Shown here: piece by piece, positions 1 to 8,301 of the stretch | Position numbering within the stretch: position 1 is the first letter of the stretch | How the letters are laid out: each line of letters opens with the position of its first letter | Made by a program: the position numbers and the translations under genes | The notes under the pieces: model-generated | The model's input: only the letters and a program-made list of their open reading frames with translations | Told to the model about the DNA's origin: nothing | Database searches by the model: none | DNA from: Paecilomyces variotii | Taxonomy: Eukaryota | Assembly (NCBI GenBank): GCA_004022145.1 | Contig: RCNU01000062.1 | DNA: 8,301 nt | Strand: one strand, 5' to 3'

Positions 1-1420
1 TCTTAGAGATAATAAACTCGCACTTTTAAATCTTTATATATAGGCCTATTTTATACAGCTTCTATAAGATAGCGCGGATATATTAAATATATTTAGAATA
101 AGTTATATTATATACTAAGATATTATTAAGGTATATAGTATAAAAAATATTAAGGTAATCTTATAGAGTATTATTAATAAACTGTTAAAATATTGCTAAT
201 ACTCTTATTAAGCTAAATAATATTATTAATAATTTAAATAGGCTAAGTTAAGTATAGAAGGCAGTTAGATATTCTTATCTTTTCTTAATATAAAGGTTAT
301 TAAACACAGAAATAATATTAATCTTTATAAAATACTTTATTCCTTTTAGATTATTTAAGGTCTTCTTAGTTAAAGGCAAGGGGTATTAATCTTTAATAGT
401 TATTATATTTAAGGCTTAGTAATCTATATAGATCTATATCCCTTTATTAAGCTTCTTAATAAATAGAATTAGAGATATAGTAGGCAATAAGTTTAAGCAA
501 ATAAATCCCTTTTTTAGGTTTTTTTTAATCTATTCCTTTAAAATCTTTAATTTATTTTAGGATATAATATATAGGGGTTTAAAGGAGAGCGACTTCTCCT
601 TTAATAACTTAATATTATAGTTATAAGAATAATATAATAGTAGGCGCTTAGCCTCCTTAGAAGAAAAGATATTAATATAATTCTTAAACTCCTTAGGCAA
701 TAAGTAGGCAGGGTCTTTTTTCTAGACTTATTTAATTCTTAGAGTAGTATCTAAGTTCTCTAAGGTAATTATAAATATTTAAGTATTTTTTTAAGTATAG
801 GTAAAATAGGCGGCTAGAGAAATAAAGGCTATATTTCTCTTTTTTAGTCTTTTAAATCTTAGGGATAAGTATTAAGATAAAGCTTTTAGGGGAATATTAT
901 ATAGGGCGGGTATTTTAATTAGCTTTAAGAATATATTGCAATTTTTTTAATAATAATTATTATTAAAAACAATATTATAAGCGGTAAATTATAAATGCGG
1001 GTTATAATACTTTAATTAAAGAAGTCTTAAAATAATAGAGTAGTACGCTAGTTAAATAATATAGAACTTAGTATTTTTCTTAAAATAATCTTTAATTCTT
1101 ATATTTATCTAAATATAGTATATAATCTTCTTATTCTTTAGTTTTCTTTTATTAAATATATATAGAGTAATTAAGCTCTTTAGGGGGATAGGCTCTAACT
1201 TCTAATTTTTAGCTTATTCTTAGTTTATAAATCCTTATCTTTTAGCTCTAATATTAAGTAGAGCATAAGTTAGTAGATAGATCTTTTTTTTCTTTTTTTC
1301 TAGTATTATAAGTAATATTATTAATTTTAATTATTATAGGTATTCTTTAAGGTTAATTTTATAAATAATAGCGGTAGAGATTTAGATAATATATAGTTCT
1401 TAAGCTTAGCTATAACTTAC
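1..1420 (-). pseudogene. pol: pol polyprotein pseudogene (aspartic protease + reverse transcriptase), RIPed, partial
   Basis: One minus frame gives TYALLNIRA (~1270-1244; de-RIPed ALLDTGA, protease active site) and YSIILRLL*LKYYNP (~1045-1000; PIILGLPWLKHHNP). It then gives FKPLYIIS..KKGFI..ILFIKK..IYIDY*ALN..IKD*YPLP..YFIKINI..YLTAF..YLNNILVY, where YLNN at 133-122 is a RIPed YLDD RT catalytic motif, and KCEF near the window edge. Many premature stops are TAA/TAG, derivable from CAA/CAG/CGA/TGG. Confidence 0.93.
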
Positions 1421-2596
1421 TTTAGGCTTACTCTTTTTACTAAAGACTAGCTAGGGGATAGACTATATAAGTCTAAGAATTAAATTACTTAGAGAGTCTA
1501 GGGATAGAGTTTATATATAGTTATAGTTTAAATCTTCTAATAGTTATCTAAGTGCGGGTAATCTCTAATATAATATTTTAGGGAGCTGTATTAAAAATAG
1601 GCGCTAGTTTTATAGTATAATAGGCTATATCCTCTCTTATTTAGGCATTTAGAAGTATTTAAGTCTATTAGGTTATATAGTTATATTAGGGCTAGTTTAC
1701 TTTTCTATATAGGGCTTTTCTAGAGCTGGCTATTATATTTTATAGTTAAGGCAGGACTTAGAGTAGGCGAGGGAGATTAAGTATACTAAGTAGGTTTTAA
1801 AATAGCAGTATAAGTCTTTATAATAAGGGGCTAATTTATAGTATACTAGCAGCGGTAGTTCTTAAGGTCTTATAAGAATTTAATAAATTAGTAATATTTA
1901 TAACTTAAGGGCTAGCTATATAATAATATTTTTTAAAGTTCTTAGCTAATAGCTTGCTTTAATAAGATAAATAGTATTTTTTTAAATATTTCTCCTTTTA
2001 GCGCTAGGCGCTAGAACTTAATAAAGAAAATTTTAAATTCCTTATTAATTTAATAGAGGTTAAATAGTTTATTATATATATTATTTATATAATTAGAATT
2101 ACTAAATATATATATAAAGATATCTAAAATCTCTTAGTAATTACTAAGAGTATAAGTCCTATCTCTAATATACAGTAATACTTGGGTATAAGGCATATTC
2201 TTTAAGCAATTAGTTATATAAGCTATATAGCTCTAGGGGATCAAAAATTAGTTTTAATTAATTATTATCTTCCTTTAGATCTAGGCTATAAAGCGCTAAA
2301 GGTCCTTTTAATCGCCTTTAAACTTATTAAGGTTAAAGAATCTCTTTAAAAGTCTAGGGGCAAAGGAAAATATAGTAGTAAGTATTTTAAATATTCTTAT
2401 TAGAGCAGCTATAGGCCTCTTAATATTAAGCTTAAGTTTAAATATAAATATAAGTATATTTATAGTAGGAGTAGCTATATAATAAATATAATCCTTCTTA
2501 AGGATAGCTTAAATATATTACTATTTCTTTTTATTAAGCTATATCTCCTAATATTGCTAAATAGTCTTAAGATTAATATTTTCTTATTTAAGTCTT
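1417..2596 (-). pseudogene. gag: gag pseudogene (capsid domain + CCHC zinc knuckle), RIPed; 5' boundary approximate
   Basis: Minus frame from 2340 reads FFNLNKFKGD*KDL*RFIA*I*RKIIIN*N*FLIP*SYIAYITNCLK, which de-RIPs to a typical fungal gypsy Gag (..PDKFEGDRKDLRRFVAQI..KM.VNRDRFP.PQSRMAYV.NRL). The same frame at 1599-1558 reads YF*YSSLKYYIRDY, a RIPed C-x2-C-x4-H-x4-C. Probable native end ...VKRVSLK* with stop at 1419-1417. Confidence 0.85.
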
Positions 2597-3103
2597 TATT
2601 ACGTAGCTGCGAATTCCTACTAAAGTTCTTAAAATTTTACCTTAGTTTATTTAATATATTAACTAGCTTTATTTATAAATAATTTAGCTCTAGTAATATA
2701 TTTATATATTAGGTAATAATAATTATATTATTCTAGCCTATAGCTAGCAGTAATATGCTTAATAAACTCTTCTAGGATTATTAGTAGGAACAGAGAAATT
2801 AGGGCAGGTATTATTAATAGTATTAACTCCTAGGTAAGAGCTATATAATATTAAAATATAGGCTTAAGGAGCGGGTTAAAATAAATAGAATAAAATAGTT
2901 AATACTAGAACTAGCTATAGGATCTCTATTTAGCTAATTTAAACTAAAACAGGCTATTATAGGCAGGTTTAGTAAATAAAATATAGCTTAAAGAGCTTAA
3001 ATTTGGATTAAGCTATATATTAAAGATATTTTCGCGAAGTTATATAATACCTTATATAAGCATTAGCTAGTAAATCTCTGTTTCTTACGCTAGCACTATA
3101 ACA
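2597..3103 (-). repeat. 5' LTR (~507 bp) of the minus-strand Ty3/gypsy element
   Basis: On + it begins TATTAC (RIPed TGTTAC) at 2597 and ends ATAACA (RIPed GTAACA) at 3103, giving TG...CA termini with a short inverted repeat. It abuts gag and is repeated at 4671-5171. There is no polypurine tract on + immediately left of 2597, consistent with a 5' LTR of a minus-strand element. Confidence 0.85.
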
Positions 3104-4670
3104 ATTAAAATATATAAAAACTTTTTACTTATCTTAAACTCTTTATTATAAAAAGTTATAATAATCTTAAGCTTTCTTTTTTTAAAAGAATCTTTCTTTT
3201 TTAAATATAATTTAAATCTTTATATATAATCTCTTTTATTATAGTTAAAATAGTAGTCTTTTTTTTTAAATTAATCTTATTTTATTAATAATTTAAACTT
3301 CTTTTTCTAGGATTTATTTAGTCTTTTACGCTAATTATTAGTCTTTTTTCTCTTTTATCTTAAGAAGAAGTCTTTTAATATATTATATATTAATTTATTT
3401 ATATTTAGTATAGTAAATAAGTTTAAAGGTTTATTTTTTTTAATTTATTTCTTAATTAATAATTAAAGATATTAATTAGTTAAAATTAATTAAGAAGTCT
3501 TAGTAGTTTAATAAGTCTATTTAAACTTTAAGTTATAGTTTTATATAGAAAATATAAGATTAAATAATCTTATTATTATTAAATCTTTTATCTTAATTTA
3601 GCTTTATATAAGCTTATTTAAAATAATATAAAAAAGCTCTAGTAGTTTAATTTAAATATTAAATTAAGATATAAAAATAATTTATTATATTTTATTCTTA
3701 ATAATATAGATTATTAAGTAAGTCTAGTAATTAACCTTTAAATTTATTTTAAATTAGTATTTAAAAGTTAAAATTCTCTTACTAATAAATTTAAGATTAA
3801 GCTAATTTTTTATTTAATAAGGCTATAGTATAAGTAACTTTTTTATCTTTTATTTTAAATAATAAAGTATTATAAGCTAAATATTTATTTATATACTAGT
3901 ATTATTAGTAATAAGTATTAAGTATAATAGCTCTATATCTCTATAGTTTAAATAGCTTAAGCTTTAATTATTTATTAATATAAGAAGTAATAAAAAGCTA
4001 TAAAAATCTCTTTTTATTAATAATTTATCTTTTATTTAAATTTAATTCCTTTTTAAGCTTTATAAAATATCTCTTAATATTTATAAATTAGCTTTAATAA
4101 TTAGTTATTAAGAACTAAGTTTAATAATTTTTAAGTTTTATAGAATATCTTCTATAAGTTAAGAATTAAAATTCTTATTCTTAAAGTTATAGAATATATT
4201 ATTATAGCTACTTATATTATTAAATTAAGTAATTTAAACTATAAAAAATAAGAGTTCTTAAAGATTATTAATAAATTATTCTATTAGTAATTATAATAAA
4301 AGAAGTAATAATTTTATATATTTAGCTTAGAGAAAAATTTACTAGTAAGATAAAGAATTAACTATTAAAATAAAGAGTTTAACTAGTATAAAGAAAGATT
4401 TATATTAAAGAAATCTAGTAATAAAGAGTTTATATAAATAAGAAAATAATAGAGTATATATTATACTAGAATAAATTATTAACTTTTAATAAGATAGTAA
4501 TTTAAAGCTTATTTATATTTTAATCCTTAAGTATTTCTTAACTTTATATTATATAAATCTTAAAAGTAAAAAGTATAGAGTTTAATTAATTACCTTAATA
4601 TTATATTTAGATTTAAGGCTTTATTATAATTCTATAAGCTTATACTTTAGCGAGAAGCTAAAGATATAAT
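3104..4670. repeat. Heavily RIPed sequence of unidentified origin (older repeat relic)
   Basis: More AT-rich than 1-3103, with CpA/TpG essentially absent. No protein motif could be recovered by eye on either strand. Confidence 0.6.
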
Positions 4671-5171
4671 ACTCTTACTAAAATTTTTAAAACCTTATTT
4701 TAATTTATTTAATATATTAATTAGCTTTATTTATAAATAACTTAGCCTTAATAATATATTTATATACTAAGTAATAATAATTATATTATTTTAGTCTATA
4801 ATTAGTAATAATATACTTAATAATCTCTTTTAGAATAATTAGTAAGAATAAAAGAATTAGAGTAAGTATTATTAATAATATTAACTTCTAGATAAAAGTT
4901 ATATAATATTAAAATATAGGCTTAAAAAGTAAGTTTAAATAAATAAAATAAGATAGTTAATATTAAGACTAGCTATAAAATCTTTATTTAGCTAATTTAA
5001 ACTAAAATAAGCTATTATAAGTAAGCTTAATAAATAAGATATAGCTTAAAAAGCTTAAATCTAGATTAAGCTATATATTAAAGATATCTTTATAAGATTA
5101 TATAACTTCTTATATAAGTATTAGCTAATAAATCTCTTTAGTAATTTATTTCTTACGCTAATACTATAATA
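4671..5171 (-). repeat. Second copy of the same LTR (solo or remnant LTR), more heavily RIPed, lacking ~16 bp at its left end
   Basis: Colinear direct repeat of 2613-3103 (e.g. 'atataatattaaaatataggcttaa', 'tatttagctaatttaaactaaaa', 'gattaagctatatattaaagatat', 'tttcttacgcta'). Differences are overwhelmingly transitions, plus a 10-bp insertion near 5137-5146. It ends ctataata versus ctataaca in copy 1. Confidence 0.88.
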
Positions 5172-6030
5172 ATAATAGTTTTTAAAATACTTTTAATAAT
5201 AACTTTAATATACTATTAAATTAATAAAGTTAGAGGATAAAGAAGTTATCTTCTATTAACTATATAAAGAAGTAATTATATAGCTAAGTTATTACTTAAA
5301 GCTTTTATACTTTATACTTTTATACTTTATTAAAGTAATAAGTAGCGCTAAGGTAATATTATATACTTTATATCTCTATTAATATCTCTTATAATTAATT
5401 AATAAGATATAGTTTTAAGCTATTATTTTTTTATAGATTTATTATTTAAATAGTCTTAATATAATATATTATTAAATATAATTTTATCTATAAAGAATTA
5501 TATATCTTTTATATTTAAGTAAGTATATTTTTTATTTATATACTTTATAAAATTATAAGATTAGCTTATTTAATAAAGCTAAGCCTTATTATATAAATAA
5601 ATAAGCTAATTAATTAAGTTAATTAGCTTTTTTAATAGAGAAAGCTACTTACTTAATTAAGTAAATTATATTATATTTTAATATTATAATAGTAAAAAAG
5701 ATTTAAAATCTATATTTAACTAATAATAAATTATAGTAAAAAAAGTAATAATTTAAGTATTAAATAAGTTTTTTATAAGATTTATTTATTAAAAAAAGTT
5801 AAGCTTTAATAATAAGTAATATTAAAGTAATTAAAGCTACTATTAGTATTATAAAAGAATTAAATACTATAATTATATAATAGCGCTAATAAGCTTTATT
5901 AATATATTTAAATTATAATATTAAAAGTTATATAAGAATTAAATACTTTAATTAATATAGTAATTAAATATTATAAAATTTTACTACTATTTAAGTATAA
6001 AATTATATAATTATTTATTTAAGTAATTAA
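5172..6030. repeat. Heavily RIPed sequence of unidentified origin
   Basis: Near-total loss of CpA/TpG and very low GC. No motif recovered. Confidence 0.6.
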
Positions 6031-6485
6031 GGTAATCTGCCTAGTTAGGTAATCCGGTTAGCAGGGAATTACATTATAGTTATAGTAGAGAATGACTAAG
6101 CTAGATGACATAAGAAAAGACTACATGTCCCCGCCCCCTCCGGCAACCAAAGATAACAACCTATTCGTCTTCCTGTACTGCAAGAACTTCTCCACGAGGC
6201 CCCGGAGTTAAACAGAGCGACCATGGTCAAAGTCGAAGCATTTGCTGTTGAGCAAGTATGTCCTTCTGTATTGTACGTGCCTATACCTTGCCTCACGTGA
6301 GTGGTGATGGAAAGATCAACCGTGGACCGGCCTCAGCTTCCGACTTCGCTTCTTCGACCTACGCCTTCCCAAGTAGAATGGAATGGTTCATCACTAGGCA
6401 AGAGCAACTCATAGCTGGGAAACTGGTTTTATCGTGATTTTGTAAGTGTCCCTCGGTTTACTCCTAGATCATCACAACTGAGATC

Positions 6486-7496
6486 ATGGCGACTACAGAC
6501 CGCGAGCGAATGCGCCCACCGGCACTGTCATCATCCCCCGCGCGAGTCCACACGATGTCAGCTGCGTCGTCAAAGTCATCTGGGTTCTCGGATGCAACCA
6601 AGCTAGAAACTCTACGCCTTGCGGGTCCCCATTGTTGGTCGTGCAGTACCTGGCGGCCGCAGATATGCCATGTAGTTGCACTGGAAGATACGCAGGTGTG
6701 CTATAACTTAACTCTTCTATCTACCTATTAAAATTGGGCTAATAAATCTAAATAGACGGATATATGGGAACAAGCCGGCTTGTTCACTTTTCCATATCGC
6801 TCTACCTCGAATGCTGTCCCTCTGTGCCCATCTTGTCACGTCGAATTTGATCGCTCCATTGACCCCGGCTACGTCTTTTTCCCGAGCGATCTCAAGTTTT
6901 TCATAGACTTTGAACTTGAAGACCGAGAACGACGAGAGACTGCAGCTGCGAATGGTAATCCAGTTAAGCGACAAGTCCCAGGAGCCATCCAGTACCGAAA
7001 ATACCAGCAGGACAAAGGTCTAGTTTCGTCAGACGCTATCGGTGGATTGTACAGACGTGTATTCCTGAAAAACTTTCTTCTTGATGGGAGATACCCTGAT
7101 GTACTGCGGGACTGCTCTACTCCCAAAGAGTGGCATGGCAATCCGATAGCTTCGATCAGACGTGCTTTCGCAGCGCTTGGTAGCCCACGAATCTATGTTC
7201 TAGGTTCCGAGATCCGCAAAGAACTCGAATTATTGCGAGATCTTTACTTCGCCGACGTATTTCAGAGTGGCTCTGGTCCTCTTCTTAAACGGCATTTGGA
7301 GGAGGAGGAGGAGGAGGAAGACGATGCACCACCAGCAAAGAAAGCCACCAGAGATCGGGGGCCACAACATCTCACCGATACGTTAGAAGAAAAACACTCA
7401 AGCCAGTCTGTAAAAGACGCAGTCTGGGCGCTGGGGCCAAATTCTACTTCTAGCACCGCCATGCAGCTCTATGCCCCTCTATTTCCATGTCTTTAA
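6486..7496 (+). CDS. HNH endonuclease-domain protein (fungal HNH_2-like, Zn treble-clef), 316 aa; exons 6486-6695 and 6756-7496
   Basis: The ORF-track 81-aa and 238-aa ORFs join in frame across a phase-0 60-nt intron (...EDTQ|TDIWEQAGLFTF...). The joined protein has C50-W-S-C53...QICH62VV...SN89AVPLC94PSC97H98VEFD, matching CxxC..H..N..LCxxCH..FD of HNH nucleases. The C-terminal part has an acidic run (E7D2) followed by PPAKK. There is no hydrophobic signal peptide. Confidence 0.88.
6696..6755 (+). other. Spliceosomal intron (60 nt) in the HNH gene
   Basis: CAG|GTGTGC donor, GCTAAT branch site at 6738-6743, and TAG acceptor at 6753-6755. It is AT-rich, contains the in-frame stop of the first ORF, and its removal restores a continuous HNH motif. 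Confidence 0.88.
7298..7318 (+). repeat. (GGA)7 coding microsatellite giving a poly-Glu tract
   Basis: ggaggaggaggaggaggagga read directly; encodes EEEEEEE. Confidence 0.9.
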
Positions 7497-7860
7497 GGAT
7501 GTCAAGCGCGGGGAAGAACCAACACGAATGTCATTGTCGCCATTGGCTTGAGTCTGTGACTTATAAGTATGCCTTCGTCGAATCTCACCGCTGGGCATGC
7601 GACTGGGTTAAGCCTGTAGCGGGGACAATCGCCTTTGGATTCGGGTTCACTGATTATAACGGCTAAACTAAAGATAGGAGTGTTCAGTATATATTAGTAG
7701 TTTCCCTAGCTTTTTTAGTACCTTCTTGTTGGAGCCCCCCTCTGGTGGTCTATGCTGGGCGCCCCTTTGTACTGGCGATCATGTGACTGGGAGATCCTAT
7801 ATAGGACTTGCCGGCTTCCTAGTTAGTAATTAAGCAAGCTTCTTACCGCTTCCTTTAGGT

Positions 7861-8301
7861 TATATTGCCTTTATTTAAATCCCCTAGCTATAGCTATAAT
7901 TATTTATTATATAATTATTTTAAATTAACTAATTAATTCTATAGAATCTAATTATTTATATATTAATTTTTTAGCATTTAATTCTATTATAAATTAGTAG
8001 TTTTATTAGTTATATAAATATTAAAAATTTTTATCTAAGTTTAATTAAAGAGGCTTAAACTCTTATTTTTAAGAGAAAGTTTAAATAATTATACTACTAT
8101 AATTAATAATATAATTATTTAACTTAATTCTTAAATGCTAGCTTATCTTATAAAGGTTATTAAATATTATTTAGAAACTAATCTTAATATTAATACCTCT
8201 TAAGAAAGGTAAATAAAAGGAATAAGGCTCTTTTACCTTAAAAAAATTCTTATTAACTCTAGAGATTTTATAGAAAATTAAGGCTATAGCTGCTAAAATC
8301 T
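7861..8301. repeat. RIP-mutated AT-rich flank, unidentified repeat relic
   Basis: Return to very low GC with TpA excess and CpA/TpG depletion. No ORFs. Confidence 0.8.

Larger units (their letters stand above)
1..3103 (-). mobile_element. Ty3/gypsy (Metaviridae) LTR retrotransposon relic, RIP-inactivated; 5' LTR, gag, protease and RT visible, continues beyond the left window edge
   Basis: Minus-strand order LTR(3103-2597) > gag > CCHC knuckle > protease > RT. RT follows protease directly, the Ty3/gypsy order rather than copia. Motifs were recovered by manual translation (see sub-features). Confidence 0.95.
1..6030. other. RIP-mutated AT-rich block (transposon graveyard / probable heterochromatin)
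   Basis: Very low GC, TpA strongly over-represented, CpA/TpG nearly absent, and no ORF in the ORF track. Recognisable transposon proteins here differ from family consensus almost only by C->T/G->A changes. Confidence 0.95.
6031..7860. other. GC-balanced, non-RIPed island embedded in RIPed DNA
   Basis: Abrupt compositional switch at ~6030 and ~7860. CpA/TpG and CpG dinucleotides are plentiful inside, and all ORF-track ORFs fall here. Confidence 0.9.

Noticed and set aside
5303..5330. Short tandem (T)TTTATAC repeats, and loosely repeated words at ~5800-5960
   Set aside because: Low-complexity RIP products with no constant period or spacer structure. Not a CRISPR array or a supportable satellite.
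1..6030. AT-rich organellar, Plasmodium-like or endosymbiont DNA
   Set aside because: Specific CpA/TpG depletion, transition-only decay of gypsy motifs, and the adjacent intron-containing GC-balanced gene point to RIPed fungal nuclear DNA.
6129..6205. CreA-like SYGGRG / GC-box motifs upstream of the gene
   Set aside because: Short degenerate motifs that occur often by chance. No independent support.
6442..6467. GTAAGT donor at 6442 paired with the TAG at 6465-6467
   Set aside because: It would give a 26-nt intron, too short for a typical fungal spliceosomal intron, and there is no branch site.
6096..7462. Minus-strand ORF-track ORFs (6096-6296, 6493-6681, 6717-6974, 6869-7141, 7262-7462)
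   Set aside because: Short, with no recognisable motifs. Four are antisense shadows of the HNH gene (the poly-Ser is the reverse of the GAG repeat). An antisense antidote peptide cannot be supported from sequence alone.
6486..7496. Two separate genes (81 aa and 238 aa) as given in the ORF track, e.g. a toxin-antitoxin pair
   Set aside because: A canonical 60-nt intron joins them in frame and the HNH motif is split across the two. The 238-aa ORF starts at TTG, not ATG.
5941..7980. Possible long inverted repeat between the left flank (~5941-6015) and right flank (~7905-7980) of the island
   Set aside because: Only patchy similarity that needs several gaps, in near-pure A/T sequence. Expected by chance.

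Overview
Fungal (filamentous ascomycete-type) genomic DNA. About 6 kb on the left (1-~6030) and about 0.45 kb on the right (~7860-8301) are extremely AT-rich, TpA-rich and CpA/TpG-depleted, the signature of Repeat-Induced Point mutation (RIP). The left part holds a RIP-inactivated Ty3/gypsy LTR retrotransposon on the minus strand: 5' LTR 2597-3103, then gag with a CCHC knuckle, then a -1-shifted pol with protease and RT, running off the window's left edge. A second, more heavily RIPed and slightly truncated copy of the same LTR lies at 4671-5171. Between the RIPed blocks is a ~1.8-kb GC-balanced, un-RIPed island with one intact two-exon gene, join(6486..6695,6756..7496). It encodes a 316-aa zinc-binding HNH-type nuclease with an acidic tract and a putative NLS. 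The island is bracketed by a 9-bp direct repeat (CCTAGTTAG) and has an orphan ATG-exon-splice-donor upstream of the gene. These raise the possibility that it is a mobilised or selfish nuclease cassette. All motif calls were made by eye; no searches were run.
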